A stretch of 64,000 bases of DNA from Octopus vulgaris (taxonomy: Eukaryota). Numbering within the stretch: position 1 is the stretch's first letter; each line of letters begins with the position of its first letter. This document shows, in pieces, positions 52,242-64,000 of the stretch. The notes under the pieces were generated by a model. The model was not told the DNA's origin, did not search any database, and saw only the letters and a program-made list of their open reading frames with translations. Location: positions 50,964,001 to 51,028,000 of the forward strand of contig OX597814.1 in NCBI GenBank assembly GCA_951406725.2. Direction: 5' to 3'. A program made the translations under genes and the position numbers.

Positions 52242-54146
52242 TGTTACCTTAATACACTAAAGTTCTTGTTATAGCTTTCTTTTCCAAATCTACAAATATC
52301 TAAGACAATTTAGTTAGTATTTTAGTAACCAAGTAACTTTTTTTTTTCTATTTTTGATTATAATTTTTGATTATAATACTTTTCCACATTCCACATAGGG
52401 ATTCTTATTTTGTCTTTTAAAGATTTTTCAAATAACAGTTATTTTTGCAATAATCTATCAGATGCTTTTCTATCACATTCACTCAAATCTATTATCATAA
52501 TATCGACAGTTCAGATGCAACTGGATATATAACAGATGGCTTCTTCATTATAAAATAATGTTGTTACAGTTAAATCAACAGTTAGAACACTTAGTGCCAT
52601 TGACTCCATGTCAATTTGATAGCCCTGCCATCAGAAGAAAAAGTGAAATGTCTAGAATTTGGCTGAAGCAATTGTTTTTCTAAAACCTGCTCCTTGGCTC
52701 GCAAGGAGAAACAATTTATAATTCTACACCCATTATTTTCCCATTGCTTTTGATCTTAAAGAAATTCAAAACATATCAAAGATTTAGCAAACAAATAGGG
52801 AATTGAACAAGTGATGGTTTCGTTACTAAAACAAACACACACATATTGGAATACTTTATTAGTAAAGGACTTATTTTTTCTTTCACTCATGTATATGTTT
52901 ATTTTAATTCTTATATTGAACTATCTAGGTTACTTTGGTAAGTGACAAAATCGGCACTATGCATATATATCTCTACCACACCTGACATGCATACATTTAT
53001 TCCCTTAAAAGCAAATGGCATATTTAGATGTGTTATTAAATTTTCATTCCATCCTCGATTACATCAAGACAAATTCTCTGAGTTTTCTCTGAGGATGGAG
53101 AATGGAAAAGCAAAACTACTTATACCTCTGGAGGTCTACCAATCATGGCACATTTTAGTTCTCTATCAGCAAATTCTCCCCAATGGAAAGAAGTGATGCT
53201 ATTAGCGTATACAACATGAGCAATATCAGCTTATTTCCCAGATGACTTTCCAACCTGTGTAGGCTTACTAAGCTTGCATCAGTAATTATTTGTATTCCTC
53301 ATATATGCAGCTTGAACTTGCAGTGTCTATCTATGTTATGTTATTTGTACCTCTACACTTTATAGAATCTCACAAACTTTCTTGGCAGTGGATGGCTGCT
53401 GGGTAATAATGGTCATAGTTAGAATTTATAATTTTCGAAATTTTCACAACAAAATATGTTTTTAAAGATTTTTTATACTTATATTCATTTCTTGATTAAT
53501 TCTTTGGAGAAATCCATTTTAAATCGATAGCTTATAACTAAGATTACTTTTACACACATTTTCTTTTCTATTATTTTTCGTGATATTTTCTGAATTTTCC
53601 CATTTGAGATGAAATTTTAGTTATCTGTTTTATGTGAGAAATACCTTCTTTACTTTTTTTTTTTACTTTGGAAAGTTTAAATTATGGTGACTGGCAAATC
53701 TTTTGTGGGCTTCTTGTTTTTCTTTAATAACTCCTAATGTTTCCTTCATGAAGATGATCTTGTTCTTTATGATTCCAGGTGCCTTCTGCCAGAAGGTATC
53801 AGAGAGAATAAGTAGATTTTGACTCTTCTCAGAAAGTTTTCTCTTAATCAGTATAGTGAGTTTGTCCTATTACTTTTAAATCATTGCAAAATGTATTGTT
53901 AAATATTACCACATACAATGCTTAGCATAAAGTTAAAAGGAAATATAATTTTTATAATGTTATATCACTGAAGCTGACCAGATTATTATAGCATTGAAAT
54001 GGATGACAATCACAATGATGATGGCATCATCATTATCATACATAACAAAAAAATTCTCTACTATTTATGGCACTCAATTAGTTAGTATTGATGTGTGGTG
54101 AACCTTTCTTTAGTGTGAGTATATTGTCCTTAAATTAGAGATTTAA

Positions 54147-54366
54147 CCCTTTCATTACTATATTTATTTTGAGATGTTCTGTGTTTCTTTCAATTACTTC
54201 AAATATAACAAAGAATTTAGTAAAATAATTTAGTTATCATTCAGCTAGTGTTAGGAACATAAATTGTGACTAAGGTTTGGTGGAAGATTTTTATTCAAAA
54301 CTTATGAAAACAAGACATTTTTACTCAGAGCTAGAGCCAGTTTCAGCCAGGTTGGTAACAAAAGGG
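54147..54366. mobile_element. piggyBac-like MITE
   Basis: ttaa|ccctttcattac ... gtaacaaaaggg|ttga; related decayed sequence at about 59340-59530 and reversed at about 5412-5560. Confidence 0.7.
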
Positions 54367-56091
54367 TTGAAAATATGCCATTTTCTTTTTCAAAGAGAAT
54401 CCAAGAGTGACGAGACATTGTACAGGTACAGAAATGTTTTGAGAAACTGACTGTTAAATTTGAAAAAAACAAAAACAAATAGAAGTTATTTTCATTTCCT
54501 GACTTTGAATAAATATCATGTAAAACTACAAATGAAAATTATATCTATAAGAAAACCAAAAAAATTGTCAGAATCTGATTAATGGAAGTATGCTGGGTAT
54601 AGAAAAAATTTTGCTTTAGTGGTTAAGGTGGGGATGCTTGTGTACTTAAGGGTATAATATTCCATCAAGAAAAAAGGGTTTGGATTCATTGATGTTGCAT
54701 GGACCAAGCTCTGCTTTGATCAAGCAGATCCGTGGCACGCTGGTAGTCAGTTGAATGATATTTAGATAGATATATTGTACCTTCATTTAACTGACAATCC
54801 TACTGTACATTCATTCCAATTCTGTGAGTTGCAAAGTAACAATCTGAACTTGTATTCTCTCCACTGTCCAATCCATTTTTGTATTTCTATGGATTCTTGT
54901 GGAGGTGAGCAAATTGTACTTGCTTATAGCACAATTGCTCTTTATTTGGTGGTAATGTGTGAACAGATTTTGTGCTCCATTTGGGGAAATTGTATATTTC
55001 AGATGCATTGTTTTTATATACTACAGCTCAAGAAAATCTAAGACCAAAGACATTCTATCTATGCCATTTTATCTTCAGTTATTTCAAACTACTATTATGT
55101 CTTTTTTTTTTTTTAAGGTGATAGAGTTTGAGAGATAGCAGCCAAATGTTGACTGACAATACGAAAGCTTTGTGATTGGTTTGTTTGTGTAAGGTTTGTG
55201 AGTTGTATGGTGGTTGAGTGTAATGGTCTGAAGCCATGTTATGAGTTGGAGGGAAGAATATCTGACTTGAAGCTAAGTTGAGTCTTTCTAAAATTTTTAC
55301 ATTGTACATAGGAAGGAGATTGGATGGGTCTGTCTGAAGAAACTTTTTTATGGTCACTCATCTCTTTGCCTTGCTAAAAAGAATCCTGACTAAAGCTGAT
55401 TGTGAACAGAACACAAATTAAGTATCTTGAACTACCAAGCCTCACATTACATATGAAATTCCCATTTTAACAAGCAAGTCTTATACTGCAGAGCCACTCG
55501 ACCTTGCTAGAAATAGCAGCCAAATTCCTTATCATCTTAAAAAGATGGAGACATTTGATAGTGCAGCTCTAGTTTCTGCATGAAAAAAAAATATCAAGAT
55601 AATCATAGCTAAATTGTCTTTGATCCTAGATCTACTGGATCAGAGATAACCAGGAACCAAACAACATTTTGATATCTACCCCAATTGGCAATTACGACAA
55701 TAACACAAATATTGAAATTCTCTAATATGATGCCTTTTTTTTTTTTTTTTCAATAAAACCCCACTGAAATATTTAATTTTTCTTCCCCATTGCACCCCTT
55801 CCGCCATTTCTGTACCTTCTGACATCTATATATAAATTACATTTTATATTTCTGTTTTCTCAAGTAAATGAATTCACTGCTATCTTAATTCATTTAAGAT
55901 ATGTATTTCTATTGATTATGCTCACTTTTATATGAGATGTTGAAGATATCAGCTGTTCTTTTGATAAGAGTATTTACTGCAAGATAATGGTGAATTGATA
56001 AGTAAAACTTCAGCTTTGTGTTTCTATTGTTACGTTACCAATTGCCTATTTGTATTCCTCTTAGAATGACATACTGCTACTTCTACCCCTA

Positions 56092-56093
<2 letters not shown>

Positions 56094-56167
<74 letters not shown>

Positions 56168-56500
56168 ATATATGTATGTATATGTGTGTGTGTATATATA
56201 TATATGTATGTATATGTATGTATATATATATATGTATGTATGTATATGTATTTATATGTATATATTATGTATATATGTATATGTATGTATATATGTATAT
56301 ATGTATATGTATATATATGTATATGTATGTACATATGTATATGTATATGTATGTATGTATATGTATATATATGTATGTATATATATGTATATGTATATGT
56401 ATGTATATTTATGTATATATATGTATATGTATGTATATATATGTGTATATGTATGTATATATATGTGTATATATATATGTGTATATATATATATATTTAT
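56094..56500. repeat. (TC)n-(TA)n-(TATG/TATATG)n compound microsatellite
   Basis: Direct reading. Confidence 0.95.
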
Positions 56501-57220
56501 TATCGGTTAGCATCCGCCTTCCATGCTGGCATATGTGTGTGTATGTATGTATATATATATTTAAATTTATATTTGTGTGTGTGTGTGTGTGTGTGTGTTG
56601 CAATAAGCCCAGCCTTATCACAAAGAACCTAGGACTGTAAAACTAATCAGCAGGCAGTAAATCACAAGGCAATATGCCATTTAAAAGACATCTGCCACCA
56701 CCCTCTTAACTTCATTTGACACTATCACATTGTCAGTGTCTGTATTATTTTAGCCATGTCTTCTGGGACCACCAGTTCAGTCTGTATGTTTCGGCTGTTT
56801 GTGTTTTGTATGTGGGCATGTGTGTACACGTGCACATGTGCGCGCACATAAACACACACACACACACACACACGTGTACACACACATGTATACATAAGCA
56901 TGTTCATGTTTCATACACACCTCACTCTCTCAATTTTCTCACCTCTATATCCACCCTTTTCTCCTCGCTCTTAAAACAAATATATCTTCATCATGGTAAC
57001 AATATTATAAACTGTGTTAAATAATAAAACTGACTATTACACGCAGACCTTTCGGAAATCTCTCCCTTAATTTTCCGAGTGTCATTTCATTTCTATAATG
57101 TACGTGTATTACTCCATTAAGAAATTAAGATGGAAAAGAAAAAAAAATGTCACACATGTCATTCCATAGAGACTTATTTGCATTATGTATTTGCTGAGCC
57201 TTATAGTGTATGAATATATA

Positions 57221-57254
<34 letters not shown>

Positions 57255-57255
<1 letters not shown>

Positions 57256-58406
57256 TGGGTCATCCCGTATATAATGTGATTTTTTCAATTGCATGAACTA
57301 AAAGTTGGAGGGGGATAGGATAAACTACCTGCATCAGTGCAAATTTTGAAGAGTGTAATTCGATTTTAACAATCATTTTTTGAAAGCTATAATGGAAATG
57401 ACAAAGGAGCATATTTTGCTTTATGAGTTCACTAAAGGTAAAAATGTAACGGAAAGTGCAAAGAATATTAATGCAGTATTTGGGGAATGGACAATAAGCA
57501 TAAGCCAGTGTCAACAGTGGTTCCAGAAATTCTGAGCCAGAAACTACAGCCAAGAAGATGAGCCTCATCCTGGAAGATTTACAGAGCTCAATAAGAACAT
57601 CCTGCAAACCTTGGTATAACAAAATCCCATCATAATTGCTGAGGAACTAGCAGAGAAGCTTGGATTTGGTCATTCAATCTTTCATCAATACCTGCATGCT
57701 ATCGGAAAAGTCTGCAAATTGGATCAATAATTTCCTCACAATTTTTCCGAGTCGAATCGCGCACAGAGAGTGAATGTGTGCTCTTCTTTGCTGCCACGTC
57801 TCACAAATGAACCTTTTCTGGACCAAATAGTGACTGGTGATGAGAAATGGGTTCTCTATAAAAATGTCAAGTGTCGAAGACAGTGGGTAGGTAAAGGAGA
57901 AATGCTGGTCCTCCAGGCTAAAGAAAGTCTTCACCCACATAAGGTATTGTTACCTGTTTGATTGGATGGTCCACTTTGAACTAAATGATAAATGATAACT
58001 AAATGATAACTAAATGATAACAAAGGAGATCTACTGCAATCAGCTTGAGTGGCTTAAGTCAGCGCTAGAAGAAAAAGAACCATCTTTGGTTTGAAGACGA
58101 AAGATGTTCTTCCATCAGGATAATGATCAGCCACATACAGCTAGGATGACATCACAAAGACTGGAGTAGTTTAAATAGGAGACGATGCCCCACCCACCAT
58201 ATTCATCAGACATTGTCCCATCTGATTATCATTTATTCCACAGTCTTCAAAATCATTTGAACCGAAAAAATATGAGTTCTGTAGACAAGGTCAGAACAGT
58301 ACTGGAGGATTATTTTTCATCACAGACAAGTGAATTTTGGAAGAGGGAGTTTTGCAAGTCTACCAGATAGATGGAAGAGCATTCTAGAAAATGAAGGAGA
58401 GTATTT
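57255..58406 (+). mobile_element. Decayed near full-length mariner element, 3' end cut by a SINE
   Basis: TA|ttgggtcatcccgtatataatg 5' TIR in a (TA)n tract, followed by a transposase pseudogene; a minus-strand family A tail begins at about 58407 and no 3' TIR is seen. Confidence 0.9.
57392..58406 (+). pseudogene. mariner transposase pseudogene
   Basis: MEMTKEHILLYEFTKGKNVTESAKNINAVFGE..QWFQKF*..EDEPHPGR..*FPHNF (WVPHEL-like)..FLDQIVTGDEKWVLY..HQDNDQPHT..PHPPYSSDIVPSDYHLF (YSPDL-like); multiple stops and frameshifts. Confidence 0.9.
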
Positions 58407-59060
58407 TACTTGTTTCAGTCATTAGACTGTGACCATGCTGGGACACTGCCTTTATTTTATTTTTAAGTCTGGTACTTATTCTATCAGTCCCTTTTACCAA
58501 ACCGGTAAGTTACAGGGTCATACACAAACCAACACCAGTGGTGGGGGTGGTGACAAACACAGGCACGTACACACACATACATATATATATATGTATATGT
58601 ATGTATATAAATTATATATGTGTGTGTGTGTGTGTATTTACTAGTGTGTATATACATATATGTATGTGTTCATTTGCATTGTAATCCATTTTTACCATGT
58701 TAGCATTTTGTTTAATGCTGGATGCCCTTCTTTTTCAAAAAAGGAATCTCATAGTCTACATGGCTTTGAAAGCAAAAAAACATAAAAGCAATTTATTGAT
58801 AGAAATGCCAACAATGTCACCACTCAGACATCATAACTTATGTATAAGCAACACAGACATGAAAAGATGCACACACACACACACACGCACGCATGTGTGC
58901 AGATGTTTCTTTTCAGCCTCCATCTACCAGAACCACTCACAGAGTTTTGGTCAGCTAGGTGTTATAACAGAAGATATCTGCCCAAGGTGCAGCATGATGG
59001 AACTAAACCTGATACCACATGATTGGAAAGTGAAATTTCAAAACACACAACCATGTCTGC
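58407..59060 (-). mobile_element. Split family A SINE (3' part 58407-58560, 5' part about 58905-59060)
   Basis: tacttgtttcagtcattagactgtgaccatgctgg... and catctaccagaaccactcacagagttttggtc...ctgcccaaggtgc. Confidence 0.7.
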
Positions 59061-59567
59061 ATAGATATATATATGCATACATACACACATGTATAATCAA
59101 CTGATGCTGTGGTATATCAAGTACATGCATTTTTGTTTAGCCCCTGACCAGCCATCACTAGCCAACCTATGGTCAATGATGTTCCAGTTATTTCTTTGGC
59201 ATATTGTATATACAGTCATGTTTAAGACTATAATGCGAGAAATAAGGCTGCTATTTCGAGTAGAAGTCATCATATAGAGGCTTCTTTTGTTGTCTTTAGT
59301 ATACAATAACTTAACAGAACTGAAGCAAATTATTATATTTAATCCCTTTGTTACTATTATTTTTGAAAAATACTGCAAATATTGCACATGTTTCAATTAA
59401 TTTTGAAAACATTGAAGAATTTAGTAAAATAATTTTTTCATTATTATGTGGAAACAAATTTAAATGAAATTTTAATGGAAAGCTTGAATTGTATCATGGA
59501 ACCAGGAACAGTCCCTGACAGGTTGGTCAAATGTGGTAATCTTCAAGCAGAGTACCTCTAACATTAA

Positions 59568-59746
59568 TTCTTTAGTATTCAAATTATTCTGTCAAATGTA
59601 ATGCTTATTTATTCACATTCTTTTGATGCTGTGATTGTTTATCGTTAGGATGATATTGTTGGGTAGGTGTAAGATATTGTTGGCTAGTTTGAACATAAAA
59701 TTGGTAGAACATTTGGGCGGATATGGCCGGTTTTAATGCTATAGGG
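59568..59746. mobile_element. piggyBac-like MITE, same family as 4758-5308 in the opposite orientation
   Basis: ttaa|ttctttagtattc ... aatgctataggg|ttaa. Confidence 0.6.
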
Positions 59747-60516
59747 TTAAGCTATTCAATTCTAAATATGCATTTGATCTAACAAACAGTCTAAATACTT
59801 GAATCTGAGGAAACAAACAAAACTACATTAATTATTTTATTCATTTCAGTCATTGAACTATGCGTATGCATGCACACACACTCACACACAAAAAGCTTCT
59901 GTGCAGTTTCTTCAAACCAAATCCACTTAGAAAGCATTGGTTAGCATGGTGTTATAGTAGATGACACATGCAGTGGGACTATACCCAAAACCATATTGTT
60001 GAAAAGCAAACTTTGCTACAGAGCTTGTGCCTGTCTGTATAAAGTAGTGTACTCTTATCTTTTATAAGTGAGTAATACAATGATCAAAACAATTAAATGA
60101 TTATTTTGAAACAAATTAATTTTTCATTGAAGCACTTTCCCTATAAAGGTAGAAAGCATATTAAAATTATTTCACATTTTTTTTATTTCTCTCAAATATG
60201 TCATTATAGGTATGTGACTCACAATGTTATATTGTGTAAGCATTCAGTATTTAATATTTTCTACGAATTCCATATTCATGAACAAGTCTATTCTAATACA
60301 TTATGTTCATCTTCAGCATAAAGTAATAGAACAGTTGATAGTTATTTAAGTAACTTCTTTTCTCTTTCAAATTATGGGGATACAGAGAAATAAGGAAAAA
60401 GGAAACTGTTCATAATTTTAGAATTAGAAACAACCTTGAATGTATCTAATTTGTTTATTTTTTCTGCTAGATCTCCCACAATGTTCCCAGTCCATAGAAC
60501 TACTTATCCAAATACA

Positions 60517-61015
60517 ATCATCATCATCATCATCATTGTTTAACGTCCGTTTTCCATGCTGGTATGGGTTGGATGGTTTGACTGAGGTCTGGAGAGCCAG
60601 TGGCTGCACCAGGCTCCAATCTGATGACAATGTTTCTGCAGCTAGATGCCCTTCCTAACACCAACCACTCCAAGAGTGTAATCGGTGCTTTTTACGTGCC
60701 ACCGGCACAGGAGCCAGTCAGGCGGGCCTGGCGTCGATCTCCTTCAGATGGAGCTTTTTACGTGCAACCAGCACAAGAGCCAGTCTGGCGGACCTGGCAT
60801 CGGCCACATTTGGACAGTGCTTTTTACATGCCGCCGGCAAGGGAGCAAGTCAGGGGGCACTGACCTGAGCTATGATATTGGTTTTACTTGACTCACAGGC
60901 CTTCTCAAGCATATCATATCGCCCGACACATCAGAGGTATTCTTAACAGGGCTAGACAGGCATTGCTGTGATTTCACTTTAGTTTCCAGGTCTTCTCAAT
61001 CACAGCATATCTTCA
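60517..61015 (-). mobile_element. Family C RTE 3' end, longest copy, reaching ORF-end-like sequence
   Basis: (CAT)n tail and three ~66-bp internal units; further along, the minus strand carries gatatgctgtgattgagaagacc (YAVIEKT-like), which resembles the RTE ORF end at about 28180. Confidence 0.82.
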
Positions 61016-63413
61016 AATTTACAACACCAGATTATAAATAGCATGCCTACAAACCCTATCTAGTCTATCTGACTAGAAAACATGTAAGTTTTGACTACAC
61101 AGAGTTGAATGAGACCCAACTAGGTTAAAATTACTTTCATAAATCATATCAACATATTCTTTGTGAGGCTTTTAATCTGAAAACTGTTTTAGAACGAGAA
61201 TAAATATTGTTGTCATCATGATAATTTTTATGTCTTCTCCTTGTTTGGATAGTAATGGATGGGTCTTCTCTTGCATAATCTCTCACTATTTGTTGTAAAC
61301 TCTTGTCATCTCTTTCATGAGATTCAGCTTCTTCAGATTGGTTTTCAACCCTTTTTCATATTCTTCTTCAGTCTTCCTCAACTAGGATTGCTTCATACTT
61401 CTTTACCTGGTTGCCATCCTAGAATTATATTTCTTGGTCATGTTATAAGGGGTTGAACAAAAAGTACATACACATTCAGTAAATCATCATGATGGCACTC
61501 ATGGTGCCTCTATTTCAGAAATGTTGGGAAAGACAGACTACAAAATGTAAATGATGTTTTGTAATAGCTGTTGTTTTGCACCAAGTCTGTCCTGGTTCAG
61601 TAGACATAAGCAAAGGAATTCTAGCTGTGGCCACTCTTGTCTTTTTCCTTCAAATCATAGTGTACTTCAGACTACATTATCAAATGTGATCTTCCTTATT
61701 TTAATATGATAGTGTGCTATTTGGTTGCTACTTCTACCAGGTCAAACAACCCTTGTCGACTTAAAACTTGAAACAGCTTTTTTGTTGTTTATGCTGATTG
61801 TCAGCAAGAAAATCAGATTTTCCCTACTTTGATTACATACATAGTCCAAATTTACTAAAATTGTATTGATCTATATGTTTGGGGCATCACATTCTTTTAT
61901 ATAAGTCTGCTCTGGATAAATTGCTGTTTCAAGAGAAAAAATAAACACAAGAAATCTAAATAAGCCATGTACTTCTTTTAGTAAGATGAGTTAATTTGAT
62001 ATCTGTGATATCTACTTCATGTAGTGAGGCTGACTTCAGCTTGAACAAAATAACTGTCACAGTGAATTTCTGCTGATAATCAAAATCCTATTTTGCTTGA
62101 CACTATTGTTGATATACTGTGTTAAAACTAAATGTTTGTTATTTCTGTTGCATCACTAAGAATAGGAATGTATATTTGATAAAACAGTTAAAATAAAAAT
62201 AGGAACCCACTTTTCCTACTACCATGTCTTGATGTTCTATTCCTTCCCTGTTGGAAGATATGTAAAAAAAAATTGTAAATAAAACTGGGAGGTCTATTTT
62301 ATATTTATTTTCCTCTCTTCTGGCAAATATCATAAGATAGAAATGAGATAGTAATGTGTGTCAGCTAAAGCAATAGGTGGTCTTAAATGATACCTCCTGG
62401 GTAGGCTTGCATGAAAACTGGCCTGAAACTCTATATCCACTGGGAAAAAGATCTAGATCCCTGGTTTGCAATATGAGCTTTATCTGAACTGATGCATAAA
62501 TCAGGCATCCAAGCCAGCTCACTGGGTGGCCATCTTTCTTGTCCAGAGGGATTCAGCTTGTGAGAAATCTTTTCTTCTCCTCAATACTTCTTCCCCTGAA
62601 AATACTTTACTATTTAACCATTACATTTTATAACACCTGTCAGCTTGGGTTCATTCTAAAAATAATTATATTTTGAATAGGTTTCTTTCTCTTTAACTGT
62701 CAAGAATATGAATCTAAAGTGAATGAAGTCACTCCTGTTGAAAAGTTATGTCTTTACGATGCAAAGTATATATAGTGATATATATAGCAATATATACAAA
62801 GACATATTTTATAATAGTTATATCAATTGATATCTCAATTAGTTATTCCCACTAGTAAATAGCAAATTTTATCTAAAAATTGGTCTAATGAGTTCTACTT
62901 TTTTTCTTTGTTTTTCTGTATTTGAAATTTTTACCTATTTTGTTCATATACTTCAATTATATTTTTATATACATGAAAATTATATTCTTTATTCATACCA
63001 GTTTCCTAGGTTTTCACTAGAAATAATTCTGAATTTGTGAATGCTTGGCACCTTGGACAAGTTTCTTAAACTATAGCCCCAAATCAATCAAAGTCTGAGT
63101 GGATTGATAGACAAACTGAAGAGAGAGAGAGAGAGAGAGAGAAGTGTGTATGTGTGAGTGTATCTCTGTATTTCCCTGTCATCTAATCAGTATCAATCAT
63201 TTCTAATATTCTGTGAGAACATTTCTGGCCAAGGAGAAATATTACCTTCAATTGAAGATATGGAAAAGTGGACATTAGAATGATAAAGTTATATATATAT
63301 ATATATATACAGAGAGAGAGAGAGAGAGATGTATATATATATATATATAGATATATATATTTATATATAGATATAGATAGATATATGTATATATAGACAG
63401 ATATATATGTATG

Positions 63414-63690
63414 TCATCATCATCATCATCATCATTTAGCGTCCGCTTTCCATGCTAGCATGGGTTGGACGGGTCAACTGGGGTCTGGGAAGCTGGAAGG
63501 CTTCGTCAGGCCCAGTCAGATCTGGCAGTGTTTCTACAGCTGGATGCCCTTCCTAACGCCAACCACTCCGCGAGTGTAGTGGGTGTTTTTTACGTGCCAC
63601 CTGCACAGGTGCCAGACAGAGCTGGCGAACGGCCACGAACGGATGGTGCTTTTACGTGTCACCGACACGGGGCCAGACAGAGCTGGCAAC
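63414..63690 (-). mobile_element. Family C RTE 3' end
   Basis: (CAT)n tail and conserved body with two internal units. Confidence 0.88.
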
Positions 63691-63715
63691 AGTTGCTCTG
63701 AATTTGCTTCAGAAA

Positions 63716-63802
63716 GGGGTCTACGTTTGTGATGATGGGGGTGCTAGGGATGTGGCCAAGATGTCAAGGGGGCAGCAGCCCCAAAAAGTTTGGGAATCAC
63801 TG
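63716..63802. mobile_element. hAT-like MITE right end
   Basis: GC-rich stretch ending aaaaagtttgggaatcactg (reverse complement CAGTGATTCCCAAAC); no partner TIR located. Confidence 0.45.
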
Positions 63803-63965
63803 AACTAGATTATGACTAGGAGATAACAGTTTACTCAGAGTAGCTGCCCTCAGCTTCCACCATGGCGTATACATATATATATATATAAATATATGTATGT
63901 ATATATACATATATATAGATAGATATATGTATGTGTATATATATATGTGTATGTATATATGTTTG

Positions 63966-64000
<35 letters not shown>

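Noticed and set aside
50200-54100. Long AT-rich unique stretch
   Set aside because: No convincing ORF, repeat or structure was seen apart from the weak exon candidate at 52174; treated as ordinary intronic, UTR or intergenic DNA.

Overview
This is eukaryotic, very AT-rich, microsatellite-dense DNA with no prokaryotic features (no operons, rRNA, true tRNA genes or CRISPR). The repeat content resembles coleoid cephalopod (Octopus-like) intronic/intergenic DNA; that assignment is an inference from remembered SINE/LINE sequences, not a database result. Almost all long ORFs in the supplied track are artefacts of (TA)n/(TATG)n/(TC)n repeats. Supportable content: (i) four tRNA-headed SINE families (labelled A, B, D, E here) plus many RTE-LINE 3' ends (family C), some with clear target-site duplications; (ii) degenerate RTE ORF fragments, two ending in C2H2 zinc fingers; (iii) three Tc1/mariner relics: a DD37D maT element with paired TIRs, a near full-length decayed mariner, and a mariner with an inverted duplicate of its 3' end; (iv) pogo/Tigger-like, piggyBac-like and hAT-like MITEs; (v) a 1.8 kb compound microsatellite. 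No host gene could be identified. A few splice-bounded open segments (1-100 minus; 9779-9910, 35185-35277, 43409-43445, 46018-46196, 52174-52241 plus) are only low-confidence exon candidates. The most notable unexplained signal is a recurring set of short foldback palindromes, mostly beside (TA)n tracts. One separate hairpin pairs upstream sequence with a candidate micro-exon and its GTGAGT donor. I found no clearly demonstrable new biological system.
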